A DNA stretch of 64,000 bases, taken from Rhodospirillaceae bacterium. Its GTDB lineage: Bacteria > Pseudomonadota > Alphaproteobacteria > Rhodospirillales > JABJKH01. Below the pieces are notes generated by a model that was not told where the DNA came from, did no database searches, and was given only the letters and a program-made list of their open reading frames with translations. Positions within the stretch are counted from its first letter, which is position 1, and each line of letters opens with the position of its first letter. The translations under genes and the position numbers were made by a program. Shown piece after piece: positions 55,042-64,000 of this stretch. The stretch lies in assembly GCA_018660465.1 (NCBI GenBank), contig JABJKH010000007.1, positions 16,031 through 80,030 of the forward strand, given 5' to 3'.

Positions 55042-56403
55042 CTAATCTGAATTCTGATCGCCTGTTCCGACTTGGCCGACATAGCTCGAGTCATGCACAT
55101 AAAGGTTGCTCATTGCGTCGGCGACAAAGGCTTCGGTAATGATCGGGGCTATGCCCTCGTACTTACAAGCGGCGATAACCTGATCGACGATGAATTTGGG
55201 TTGATAGCAGGCGAGTGGCTTTTTCACCGTTTCTTGTAGCTCGCGTACCACATAGTCGAAAATTTCGTCGGTCAGTTGTAGACCTTGTTTGGCGGCGACG
55301 GCTGTAAATATTTGGCGAAAGGCGTCCTTGGATGGCTCATAGGTTTCCAACTTGTAGGGGATGCGGCGCAAGAACGCCGGGTCCATAAGATCTTCAGGCG
55401 CCAAATTGGTGGAAAAGATCAAAAGCTCATCAAAGGGAATGGTAAATGCTTTTCCCGAATGTAGGGTTAGGTTATCGATACGCGTTTGCAGCGGCACAAT
55501 CCAGCGATTAAGAATTTCCTCGGGGCTAACTCTTTGGCGACCGAAATCATCGATGATAAACGTGCCATTGAGCGCCTTCATATGCAGGGGTGCCTCATAG
55601 AATTTGGCAAATTCATTGAATTTTAGGTCCAACATTTCCATCGTTAACTCGCCGCCTGTAACAACGACTGGGCGCTGACAGGCGACCCAGCGTTGGTCGC
55701 TTCTCTCGCGCCGCAACGATGGTCGTGAAGATTCCACTTTTTCAGCCTGTCCCACGGCCTTATGAACCGCAGGATCAAACACTTTGATAATATTGCCTTC
55801 GATCTCAATACAATGCGGGATGTAGACGACGCTCTCGAAGATAGCAGCAACCTTCTCCGCCACCGTCGTCTTGCCATTACCGGCGGGTCCGTAAATAAGA
55901 ATGCTGTGGCCGGAGTTGATCGCAGGCCCCAAACGTTTGACGAAATTTTCAGGCACAATGATATCTGCGAACGCTTCTGCAATGTTCTCTTTGGATACCC
56001 ATTCGCCGGCAATTTTTTGTGCAAGAACACGGGCCTGAAAATCTTCTAACGTGACAGGCGCTGGGCCAAAATACTGATTTTGATTACAAGCATCCAGAGC
56101 GACTTGCTGACCCTCTCGAGTCAATTGATAGCGGATAGAAGAGAGGGCACCAACACCCGTTGATCCAGCGGCATGGATCAATTTGCGATCAAGCATCTCT
56201 TGGGTTACGCCGTTGACGATGTTGGTCGACAACTTAATTGCCTGGGTAATTTGGCTGGCTTCCTCAAGATTCTCCAAGTACATGCCCTTGGCGATTAAAT
56301 TAATGATGAATGCTAAATCGAGGCCTGTAGCATTAATGTCCGCAGGGCGGGGAGGGGCTTCAACGGCATTTTTAGGTGCTGTATTTTGAGGTGCTTGTTC
56401 CAT
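55042..56403 (-). CDS. AAA+-type ATPase with N-terminal helical/wHTH-like region
   Basis: Walker A is GPAGNGKT and Walker B-like is FIIDDFGRQ. The arginine-finger-like region is DPAFLRRIPY. Confidence 0.7.
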   Translation of the reverse strand: MEQAPQNTAPKNAVEAPPRPADINATGLDLAFIINLIAKGMYLENLEEASQITQAIKLSTNIVNGVTQEMLDRKLIHAAGSTGVGALSSIRYQLTREGQQVALDACNQNQYFGPAPVTLEDFQARVLAQKIAGEWVSKENIAEAFADIIVPENFVKRLGPAINSGHSILIYGPAGNGKTTVAEKVAAIFESVVYIPHCIEIEGNIIKVFDPAVHKAVGQAEKVESSRPSLRRERSDQRWVACQRPVVVTGGELTMEMLDLKFNEFAKFYEAPLHMKALNGTFIIDDFGRQRVSPEEILNRWIVPLQTRIDNLTLHSGKAFTIPFDELLIFSTNLAPEDLMDPAFLRRIPYKLETYEPSKDAFRQIFTAVAAKQGLQLTDEIFDYVVRELQETVKKPLACYQPKFIVDQVIAACKYEGIAPIITEAFVADAMSNLYVHDSSYVGQVGTGDQNSD

Positions 56404-56509
56404 CGAATGTTCCTCCCAAATAATTTAGTAAAAATTATTCTTATGCATCTTGGTGCCAGGATTAAGAATATCCGAACGTCTCAGGTTAGAGAACTAATAA
56501 TTTTGCCCC

Positions 56510-56947
56510 CTACATCTCCAGCCCGACAGCCTCACCAGCCGCCTTTGCCATATCGACATCCTGTTCCCAGTCGCCACCGGAAACGCCGATGCCGCCGATG
56601 CATTCGCCGTCTACCATGATCGGGAAGCCGCCTTCCATGGCGGTCCAGCGGTCTGTCCCGGCGGCTAGGGAGAGGCCAATGGCATGAAGCGTGTCGAGGT
56701 CTTGGCCGACGGCCCCTTGGGTGGTTGTCATGCGCTTGTTCGACGACGCGCAGACGGCTTTGGTTGTTGAGGAATGAATGGTGTGGAATTTGCCGCCATC
56801 CATGCGTTCCAGGCAAATCATGTGCCCGCCCGCATCGACGATGGCGACGGTGGCCTTGATGCCAATTTCCTCGGCCTTGGCGATGGCAGCGGCGAGCATT
56901 TTTTTGGCACCTGCGGTGGTCAGGCGTTTGGTGTCTGCGAAGGGCAT
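56510..56947 (-). CDS. GlcG/HbpS-like (DUF336) haem-binding-fold protein
   Basis: The ATG is at 56947 (MPFADTKRLT...). The C-terminal family motif is GGFPIMVDGECIGGIGVSGG. Confidence 0.8.
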   Translation of the reverse strand: MPFADTKRLTTAGAKKMLAAAIAKAEEIGIKATVAIVDAGGHMICLERMDGGKFHTIHSSTTKAVCASSNKRMTTTQGAVGQDLDTLHAIGLSLAAGTDRWTAMEGGFPIMVDGECIGGIGVSGGDWEQDVDMAKAAGEAVGLEM

Positions 56948-57100
56948 GGGAATTCCTCTGTAAAATTCGACTGAAATTGAGTTGGCGCAATCTAACGCCG
57001 GACACTCTCTCGTTCCAGGCAAAATTTCCAGTGCCAAACCGGCAATCATCCGTTAAGAATTGCCCAGCATTTTCAATCTCAACAACAAGTGGAAGCAACC

Positions 57101-58075
57101 ATGACTAAAGCCATTCGTATTCATGAGCACGGCGGACCTGAGGTTTGCAGCTATGACGACATCGACGTCGGAGCCCCCGGAGAAGGCCAAGTCCGGCTGA
57201 AGCATACAGCCATCGGCGTGAACTACCTGGATATCTATCACCGTTCCGGTGCGCATAAGATCGATAACCTGCCGGTTCCTATTGGCATGGAAGGCGCTGG
57301 CGTTGTGACTGAAGTCGGCCCTGGCGTTGATGACCTGAAGGTCGGCGACCGGGTTTGCTATCACGCCCTCATGGGATCATACACGGAAGAACGCTTGGCC
57401 CCTGCGGCGCGCTTGATCCCGATCCCAGACGGCATTGACGATAAAATCGCCGCTTCCATGATGATGAAGGGCATGACGGCAGAATACCTAATCATGCGCT
57501 GCTATCCTGTAAAGTCAGGCGATACGGTTCTGGTCCATGCGGCAGCTGGTGGCGTTGGCACGATTATTTGTCAGTGGCTGAAGCACATTGGCGCGACGGT
57601 AATCGGTACTGTTAGTACTGATGCCAAAGTCAATCTGGCAAAGTCCCAAGGTTGCGACCATGTTATTGTCAGTTCAAAAGAAACCGTTTCTGAGCGGGTT
57701 AAAGAAATCACCGATGGTAAAGGTGTGCCGGTTGTCTATGACGGTATCGGCAAAGACACCTTCGATGACAGCTTGGACTGCCTGAGCCCGCGCGGCTACA
57801 TGGTCAGCTTCGGCAATTCATCGGGGACTGTTGAGCCTGTGCGGTTGGCGAAACTTGTTTCTCATGGCTCGGCCTATCTGACCCGTCCGACCATCGCAAC
57901 GTACTGCGCGTCTCGTGAAGATCTGTTGATGAGCGCCAATGCGTTATTCGATGTGGTTAAGGCAGGGCATGTGAAAATTCCAGCTCCGGTGGAATACGCG
58001 CTTTCTGATTGCGCCCAGTCACATACGGACTTGGAGTCACGGAAGACAACGGGATCGCTTATTCTGATCCCTTAA
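57101..58075 (+). CDS. NADPH:quinone oxidoreductase (MDR/zeta-crystallin family)
   Basis: Motifs are GVNYLDIYHRSG and the cofactor motif HAAAGGVGT. The length is about 324 aa. Confidence 0.87.
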   Translation: MTKAIRIHEHGGPEVCSYDDIDVGAPGEGQVRLKHTAIGVNYLDIYHRSGAHKIDNLPVPIGMEGAGVVTEVGPGVDDLKVGDRVCYHALMGSYTEERLAPAARLIPIPDGIDDKIAASMMMKGMTAEYLIMRCYPVKSGDTVLVHAAAGGVGTIICQWLKHIGATVIGTVSTDAKVNLAKSQGCDHVIVSSKETVSERVKEITDGKGVPVVYDGIGKDTFDDSLDCLSPRGYMVSFGNSSGTVEPVRLAKLVSHGSAYLTRPTIATYCASREDLLMSANALFDVVKAGHVKIPAPVEYALSDCAQSHTDLESRKTTGSLILIP

Positions 58076-59127
58076 AGCGGGCTTATATCAAGGTCTTGGG
58101 CGAGAGCGCTCAAGGCCTTGGCAAGTTCCGGATGCACGGGGATACCGTTGGTCGAAAAATCATCATGCTTACCCTGACTGCTTTCACCTGGCAGCCGCAC
58201 CTGATCAAACCCCGGCAATGTAGGTGAAGCTCTTAGAGACCGCGCAAGGTCATCGACTTGGCCCTTAAACTCATCCACATCTCCAAACGCCTTCAACGAG
58301 ATCATGCAGATAAATTGCCCCGTATTGGTCAGGGATTCATCATCCGCGTTGAAATCAATAACGTCGTGGCCCATCGCGGCACCGTTTAAAGTCCCTGCTA
58401 AAAGTCCCAACACCAGCGCCATGCCATAGCCCTTATATTCACCAACAGGAATCAAGAAACCTTCGTTGGAGCGCTTGGGATCGGTCAGCGGCTGGCCTTG
58501 ATTATCGACCATCCAACCCACGGGCATTTCCTCACCCCGTTGGGCCGCCGTTTTAACTTTGCCGTAGGCCGCAACAGTCGTCGCCATATCCAGCACGACG
58601 GGAGGTTCGGCCATCGCGGGTACAGCAATCGCAATCGGGTTCGTGCTTAGCAACATCTCCAGCCCGCCCCAAGGTGGTAGGTGGTTGGCGCTGCCGACGG
58701 CGGAATAAATCCCGATCATGTCGTGGGGCAACGCCATCCGCGCATAGACTGACGCCGTGCCTGCATGATTGCCCATCTTAACGCCAGCCCAGGCGACACC
58801 CATTTTCTCGGCTTTTTCAATTGCAACATCCGTCGCCCGCTTAACCGCCAGATGGCCAATGCAGTTATCGCCGTTCACCACTGCCGTGGAATTGGTTTCG
58901 TGCTCCAGCTGAATGTCAGGCGTGACGTTCATGCCCCCCGCCTTAATCCGGCGGATGTATTGTGGCAGACGAAAAACGCCGTGACCGCTTCCGCCTAAAA
59001 GGTCAATCTCAGTCATAATCTTAGCGACAGTTTTAGCATCGCTCCCTGAAACGCCGACGCTCTCAAACGCCCGCGCGATGAACGTGCTCAGTTGGTCGGC
59101 CGTAACTCGGGTCTGGGAGTCCGACAT
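58072..59127 (-). CDS. Ldh_2-family (malate/L-lactate/ureidoglycolate dehydrogenase type 2) oxidoreductase
   Basis: Motifs are GSGHGVFRLPQYIRRIKAG, GNHAGTASVY and TNPIAIAVP. Confidence 0.85.
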   Translation of the reverse strand: MSDSQTRVTADQLSTFIARAFESVGVSGSDAKTVAKIMTEIDLLGGSGHGVFRLPQYIRRIKAGGMNVTPDIQLEHETNSTAVVNGDNCIGHLAVKRATDVAIEKAEKMGVAWAGVKMGNHAGTASVYARMALPHDMIGIYSAVGSANHLPPWGGLEMLLSTNPIAIAVPAMAEPPVVLDMATTVAAYGKVKTAAQRGEEMPVGWMVDNQGQPLTDPKRSNEGFLIPVGEYKGYGMALVLGLLAGTLNGAAMGHDVIDFNADDESLTNTGQFICMISLKAFGDVDEFKGQVDDLARSLRASPTLPGFDQVRLPGESSQGKHDDFSTNGIPVHPELAKALSALAQDLDISPL

Positions 59128-59130
59128 TGG

Positions 59131-60183
59131 CTAAAGCCCTTCGACCTTCAGGTCATCTGCCATGCCGTTTAGGACGGCTTTCAACTTGTCATGAATGGGA
59201 ATCCCATTCGCAATCCGATCAAGATTACGCATGTGACTTTGCTCGCCCGGCAGCCGGATCGCTTCGAACCTCGGCATCAAGGGAGATGCTTTAATGGATC
59301 GGATCACGTCATCGACTTGGCGCTTGAAGCCTTCGACATCACCAAACGCTTCAATCGAAATAGCCGCAATGAATTGTCCCGTGTTGGGCGCGTTCTTGCC
59401 GGGATCTGTGAAGGCATCAACATTTTTACCGAATGCTGCCCCGTTCAGGGTCCCCGCAAGCAAGCCAATCATTAATGCCAAGCCATACCCTTTAGGTCCA
59501 CCGATGGGCAGAACTGAGCCTTCTTTCATACGACTGGAATCGGTCAACGGTTTGCCGTCATTGCCAATCATCCATCCCTCTGGCATGGATTCACCGCGCT
59601 GAGCCTTCACCTGAATTTTCCCGGCTGATGATACAGTCGTTGCCATGTCCAAGACGATTGCCGGTTCTTCCAACCCTGGAACTGCAAAGGCAATGGGGTT
59701 GGTGCCGAGCAGCAAATCGGTTCCACCCCAAGGTGCCACGTGGTTGACCCCGGCGACGGCTGAGTAGATGCCGATCATGTCGTGTTCAAGCAACATTTTG
59801 GCCCATAACGACGCCGGTCCCGCATGGTTGCCGTGGTTGATACCAATCCAGCTCATGCCATTTTCTTTGGCTTTTTTAATCGCCAGCTTGGTCGCAAAGT
59901 TCATCGCCAAATGGCCGAGCCCATCATCGCCATGAACAACGGCTGTATTGCCGGATTCACGTTCGATGTGAATGTTGGGAGTCTTTGATGTCTTGCCGGC
60001 AAGAACCGCGCCGACATACATCTTCAAGCGAAAGATACCATGCGTATCAGAGCCTTCGAGATCAGATCGCGTCATCAGGTCCGCAACCAAATTAGCGTCG
60101 TCCCGAGGGATACCGGCCGCCACAAAGACACGCGATATAAAAGCCCTTAAAACATCCGGATCAAAGCGAGTGCCTTCGGTCAT
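59131..60183 (-). CDS. Ldh_2-family oxidoreductase (tandem paralogue)
   Basis: Motifs are THGIFRLKMYVGAVLAG, GNHAGPASLW and TNPIAFAVP. It is collinear with the neighbouring paralogue. Confidence 0.85.
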   Translation of the reverse strand: MTEGTRFDPDVLRAFISRVFVAAGIPRDDANLVADLMTRSDLEGSDTHGIFRLKMYVGAVLAGKTSKTPNIHIERESGNTAVVHGDDGLGHLAMNFATKLAIKKAKENGMSWIGINHGNHAGPASLWAKMLLEHDMIGIYSAVAGVNHVAPWGGTDLLLGTNPIAFAVPGLEEPAIVLDMATTVSSAGKIQVKAQRGESMPEGWMIGNDGKPLTDSSRMKEGSVLPIGGPKGYGLALMIGLLAGTLNGAAFGKNVDAFTDPGKNAPNTGQFIAAISIEAFGDVEGFKRQVDDVIRSIKASPLMPRFEAIRLPGEQSHMRNLDRIANGIPIHDKLKAVLNGMADDLKVEGL

Positions 60184-60207
60184 TAAGTTGTCTCCCTAAA
60201 ATAACGC

Positions 60208-61332
60208 CTAGTTAAACAAGTCGATTAGGTTTTCAGGGAGCTTAATGACTTCGCCGGTCTTCGCAGACAGATCCATGGCCATGGTGAGCAATAGATTGCG
60301 GTTGCCGTCTGCTGCGGTCGCGTGAGGTGATTCGACACCCATGGAAATACGCGTGAACCAGTTGTTGGTTTCTTCGCGCATGGGGCCCCACAAGTTATTA
60401 GCGCTGCTCATATCACCTGCTGGATAGCTGGTCATAAATTCAACATGGCGGTCGGCTTCTGGTTTAAACCCGTCAGGCATATACCCACCCGGTTGTGGAA
60501 CAGACGTTGCCATCACCATATCGCGGTGAGTGTCTTCAACATCGATCACACCCTTTTCACCAACGATACCGACCTGCAAGCCGTACACGGCACCCGGCCA
60601 CACTGTCGGAAGCGCCCAACTGATGTTCATGCTAAAGATCGTTCCGTCATCCATGGTGAAGACGCTCAAGGTTGAATCCTTAGTGCCCCACTGGCTCAAG
60701 ACTTTATCGACGGACTGCGCGTAAACCGATACAGGTTTCTTGCCTTCCATCAGCCACAGCGACATGTCCAAAGAGTGCGTACCGGAAACCACCATCGGAG
60801 TCAGGTTATGACGCTCGTTGGTCCGACGGATGGTCGCAATCGGCACCATGCGGTTCATAAAGGCACGGGTACAGACGGTCGTGACGTCACCGATTTGCCC
60901 CGTTACCAGCTTACCTTTAACCGCTTGGAAGCGACGGCGAAAACGGTTGGTATAGCCGATCACCGCATCGATATTATTTTCTTTGATCGCGTCATAGATT
61001 TTTTGAGATTCGTCCGGGTTTGTCGCCAAGGGTTTCTCGATGAACAAATCAGATCCCGTCGCTATTGACGCCATGACCGGGTCGACGTGCTTGTTCTCAT
61101 CGGTGGCGATAATGATCGCGTTGACCTCGGGTCGATTGACCAGTTCGTTGAAATCAGCGGTAAAGAAGTCGGCTTCGGATTCTTCTGCGACACTTTTGCC
61201 AAGTTTCTCGTCAATATCGCAGACACCCAGCCATTTGATTGCGGGATAATCGCGGGCGAAGCGGGCCCGAATGCGACCGATGGTTCCACAGCCAATAATT
61301 GCCAATCCAATTTCTTTACCGGTATTGCTCAT
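60208..61332 (-). CDS. Gfo/Idh/MocA-family oxidoreductase
   Basis: The Rossmann motif is IGLAIIGCGTIG and the family motif is LFIEKPL. The length is 374 aa. Confidence 0.85.
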   Translation of the reverse strand: MSNTGKEIGLAIIGCGTIGRIRARFARDYPAIKWLGVCDIDEKLGKSVAEESEADFFTADFNELVNRPEVNAIIIATDENKHVDPVMASIATGSDLFIEKPLATNPDESQKIYDAIKENNIDAVIGYTNRFRRRFQAVKGKLVTGQIGDVTTVCTRAFMNRMVPIATIRRTNERHNLTPMVVSGTHSLDMSLWLMEGKKPVSVYAQSVDKVLSQWGTKDSTLSVFTMDDGTIFSMNISWALPTVWPGAVYGLQVGIVGEKGVIDVEDTHRDMVMATSVPQPGGYMPDGFKPEADRHVEFMTSYPAGDMSSANNLWGPMREETNNWFTRISMGVESPHATAADGNRNLLLTMAMDLSAKTGEVIKLPENLIDLFN

Positions 61333-61543
61333 CTTGTATCCTTTGGTTTTAAACTAAAATTCCAGATGCCCTATCCCGCAACGGGGCCTTGGCGGCGGTA
61401 GTCATAATCGAAAACCACCAGTTTTAAAACCCATACCATGGCGAAATCCGATTCTCACGAATTGTTTAAGAGGGATTGGTTGAAAAACTGGAAATTGCTT
61501 GGTAAATTCTCGGCAATCAAATTAATACACGAGGAATAGCGCC

Positions 61544-62308
61544 ATGGCTGAGCAACAGGCACCACTGCCTTATAACAATCCACGTTTCAAAGTGAAGCAG
61601 TATGACTTTGAAATTTTCCTAGGGCCTGCGGCGGGTGAAAAGGTTCAAGATTTCACTCTCACGGACCTAAATACGGGTGACGACGTCAAATTGTCTGATT
61701 TCGCCGGCAAATGGCTGGTGATTGAAACCGCGTCTTCGACCTGTTCGATGTACACCAAGAACATCGAAATTATGGAAGGGGTCGCCAAAGAATTCCCAGA
61801 TGTGGAGTTTGTGTGTGTTTACGTTCGCGAAGCGCACCCTGGCGAACGCTTAGGGCCGCACAAGTCCATGGACGAGAAGAAAGCGGCAGCGAATTTACTG
61901 GCACCGCGTTATGGCGAATTCCGTCGCATTCTGGTTGATAATTTGGACGGTGATTTTCACAAAGCTTATGGTTCCATGCCAAATGTCTGCTACGTCATTC
62001 GGCCTGACGGCACAGTCCATTACCGCTGCAACTGGACGGCCCCGCATTTGTTGGCGGAAACTCTGAAGGATCGGGAGAACCTGCACACGGTCGAGAATGC
62101 GCCGATGTTGGAACTTCGCGCCAGCCGCAAGAAATACAACATGATCAGAACCATGTGGACCGGTGGTTTTGTTGCGTGGTGGGATTTCCTAAAAGGTGCG
62201 CCGCACGTTGTTGCCAAACACCATGCTGTGGATACCTATTATAATAAACACGGCAGATTTCAGAACACGCCGAGAAAAGAAGGCGATACTCCGGCGAGCG
62301 CTACTTAA
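61544..62308 (+). CDS. Thioredoxin-fold protein resembling iodothyronine deiodinase family (Cys-type)
   Basis: The sequence WLVIETASSTCSMY...VYVREAHPGERL resembles the deiodinase active-site and EAHP signature, with Cys where eukaryotic enzymes have Sec. The match is from memory only. Confidence 0.5.
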   Translation: MAEQQAPLPYNNPRFKVKQYDFEIFLGPAAGEKVQDFTLTDLNTGDDVKLSDFAGKWLVIETASSTCSMYTKNIEIMEGVAKEFPDVEFVCVYVREAHPGERLGPHKSMDEKKAAANLLAPRYGEFRRILVDNLDGDFHKAYGSMPNVCYVIRPDGTVHYRCNWTAPHLLAETLKDRENLHTVENAPMLELRASRKKYNMIRTMWTGGFVAWWDFLKGAPHVVAKHHAVDTYYNKHGRFQNTPRKEGDTPASAT

Positions 62309-62334
62309 GCTTACGAGATATCAATTCTAAAATT

Positions 62335-62368
62335 AAAGGGCTCGGTCTTTTTGACCGAGCCCTTTTTT
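62335..62368. terminator. Bidirectional rho-independent terminator
   Basis: The stem gggctcggtc / gaccgagccc has a ttttt loop, a T6 run on the + strand and AAA on the 5' side. It sits between convergent genes. Confidence 0.8.
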
Positions 62369-62372
62369 AATT

Positions 62373-63866
62373 CTAGGCCTCAGCCTCTTTGCCTCGCTTA
62401 AATATCCCATCGTAGAAGGTATAGACCACAACGACGATCAAGATCACACCGATCCAGTGTTCCGCCACGACAGAGGTCCAGTCCTTGGTTTCGAATTTGC
62501 TGACGAATATCCGCAGCGAACGCCGGAAGTTTTCGTCGGCTAGTGGTCCTAGGATTAACGCCAGCACCATCGGGGCCAAAGGAAACCCAAACCGGTGCAA
62601 GACGTAGCCAATGATCCCGGCGACGAATGCCAAATAAACATGGAAATCATCTAACCCCACAGCAAACGCCGCGACAATACAGAGCGGAATGATCAGCGGC
62701 ATCAAGAGTGTTCGGGGTAGGCTGAACAATTTGACGCACGGCTTCACCAGCGCAATCGCCATGCCGTACATCAGGAAGTTAGCAATGATTAGCCCGATAT
62801 AGATGAAATAGATCAATCCTGGATTTTCTGTTTGAATGGTCGGGCCAACAACGACGTTTTTCATTTCCAAGGCGGCAAGAATGGCAGCAGCCGCCGCATT
62901 GCCGGGAATGCCCAGAGTCAGGGTTGGCAGCAAGGACCCGCCGACGTTGGCATTGTTCGCCACCTCAGCACACACGATGGCTTCGTAACTGCCCTTACCC
63001 CACTTGGCGCGTTCTTCGGGTGAGGCTTGGCGCTTGCCGATGTCGTAGGCCAAAAATGATGCAACGTTGGCACCTGCTCCCGGAATCGCCCCAATGATTG
63101 TGCCGACTAAACCCGATCTCACAGACGACCACGCATACTTCCGAAGCACATGGAATGGGGGAACAATCCGCCCGACATCCGACGGTATTGTATAGGGCGA
63201 TGTTTGCGGTAGAACACATAAGACTTCAGCCAATCCGAACAACCCAATCAGGACCGGAATATAACTAATTCCGTCTTCTAGAATTTCAGTGCCGAAAGTA
63301 TAACGCGGCACACCATCCAGACCTTCCAATCCAATGAACGCGAACAGAAGACCAAGCCAACCCGTGATCCAGCCCTTCATCGGCAATTCCCCCGCCGACA
63401 TGGAACCGCAGACCGCGATCCCCCACATCGATAGCAGGAACATTTCCCAGGACTTGAACTGCAACGCGAGTGCCAGAAGAAGGGGAATGAAGGAGATCAG
63501 GAGTAGAATTCCAACCCAGTTACCCATGAAAGACGCAGCGATCGCGGTCCCCAGGGCAAGCCCGCCCTCGCCCTTCTTGGCCAAAGAATGTCCCTCAATC
63601 ATGGTGGGGACGGCATCGGGTGTGCCGGGTATGTTAATAAGAACGGCGGAAATCGCACCGCCAAAGACGCTGCCTGTATACACCCCGATCATGAACATGA
63701 TCGACGTATCTTGATCCATACCGGCGGCAAGGCCGATCAACAGAGCCATCGCCATCGTCGTCGATAGCCCCGGCATCGCGCCCCAAATAATGCCGAGGGT
63801 CACGCCTGCGAGGCAAATGAATAGCAAATACGGGCTCAGGGCATGAAGTATCATTTGTGTGGTCAT
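62373..63866 (-). CDS. tctA: Tripartite tricarboxylate transporter large permease (second copy)
   Basis: The 497-aa TctA-type protein shows GTPDAVPT and LGIPGNAAAA. Confidence 0.9.
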   Translation of the reverse strand: MTTQMILHALSPYLLFICLAGVTLGIIWGAMPGLSTTMAMALLIGLAAGMDQDTSIMFMIGVYTGSVFGGAISAVLINIPGTPDAVPTMIEGHSLAKKGEGGLALGTAIAASFMGNWVGILLLISFIPLLLALALQFKSWEMFLLSMWGIAVCGSMSAGELPMKGWITGWLGLLFAFIGLEGLDGVPRYTFGTEILEDGISYIPVLIGLFGLAEVLCVLPQTSPYTIPSDVGRIVPPFHVLRKYAWSSVRSGLVGTIIGAIPGAGANVASFLAYDIGKRQASPEERAKWGKGSYEAIVCAEVANNANVGGSLLPTLTLGIPGNAAAAAILAALEMKNVVVGPTIQTENPGLIYFIYIGLIIANFLMYGMAIALVKPCVKLFSLPRTLLMPLIIPLCIVAAFAVGLDDFHVYLAFVAGIIGYVLHRFGFPLAPMVLALILGPLADENFRRSLRIFVSKFETKDWTSVVAEHWIGVILIVVVVYTFYDGIFKRGKEAEA

Positions 63867-63875
63867 CGTAAATTC

Positions 63876-64000
63876 CTACAACATGCCTGGCATGGGAATA
63901 GAAAACCCATGCACAAATATTGCCGTCAAAGCAAAGGTCCAACCGACGGCAACCAGAAGGCAATTCTTGAGGGATGATTTCCAAAAATACTTCAAAATTC
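63876..64000 (-). CDS. TctB-like small subunit, C-terminal fragment (truncated by window edge)
   Basis: Manual translation of the minus strand gives ...ILKYFWKSSLKNCLLVAVGWTFALTAIFVHGFSIPMPGML, with the stop at 63876..63878. That is 9 nt upstream of the tctA start. Confidence 0.5.
   Translation of the reverse strand, partial: ILKYFWKSSLKNCLLVAVGWTFALTAIFVHGFSIPMPGML

Noticed and set aside
56532-57098. 188-aa Arg/His-rich ORF overlapping the GlcG-like gene in another frame.
   Set aside because: It has a low-complexity basic composition with no motifs. The overlapping frame encodes a clear GlcG/DUF336 protein.
1-64000. Looked for tRNA, rRNA, tmRNA, riboswitch-like leaders, CRISPR arrays, transposases, integrases, toxin-antitoxin pairs and known defence-system genes.
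   Set aside because: No intergenic region has tRNA-like length or conserved T-loop sequence. No ORF shows transposase, integrase, Cas or restriction motifs. Absence is judged by eye only. tRNAscan-SE, Infernal/Rfam and DefenseFinder should be run to confirm.

Overview
The window looks like chromosomal DNA from an alphaproteobacterium. The lineage call rests on family knowledge only: a near-canonical DivK receiver protein, RpoH with an RpoH box, two Bug/TTT (TctABC-type) transporters, and the topA-rnr and hisZ-purA housekeeping blocks. I call about 57 protein-coding genes at high coding density. I found no rRNA, tRNA, CRISPR array, transposase, integrase or phage genes. Housekeeping genes are topA, rnr, an S41 protease, rpmG, divK, hisZ, purA, rpoH and rluD. 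They are interleaved with accessory blocks. (1) 8.4-16.2 kb holds a minus-strand envelope-glycosylation-like cluster: GT2, a B12-binding radical SAM enzyme, a large GT-C-like membrane protein, a GMC flavoenzyme and an SDR. (2) 31.0-37.5 kb holds a second, Arn-like operon with the enzymes for a C-methyl-branched sugar: a DPM1-like GT2, a cupin, an NDP-hexose C-methyltransferase, a UXS-like SDR, a Gfo/Idh/MocA enzyme, a GT-C-like membrane protein and a small membrane protein. (3) 40.1-43.6 kb is the most unusual locus. It encodes an exported protein in which about 210 residues of CNPC / C-x2-C-x2-C tandem repeats (about 44 Cys by hand count) are fused to a cytochrome P460-like haem domain. An amicyanin-like cupredoxin and a methyl-accepting chemotaxis protein follow it. 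(4) 43.5-46.0 kb holds two paralogous 3-TM + cNMP-binding-domain proteins (Popeye-like architecture) flanking a Tat-signal aldo/keto reductase. (5) 48.6-64 kb is a catabolic region with two TTT transporters, Gfo/Idh/MocA enzymes and tandem Ldh2-family paralogs. Other notable items are a kinase-fold protein lacking the catalytic Asp, a DUF898-M48 pair, a 148-bp REP/MITE-like palindromic element and a Cys-type deiodinase-like thioredoxin-fold protein. All functional calls come from motif recognition by eye and no searches were run.
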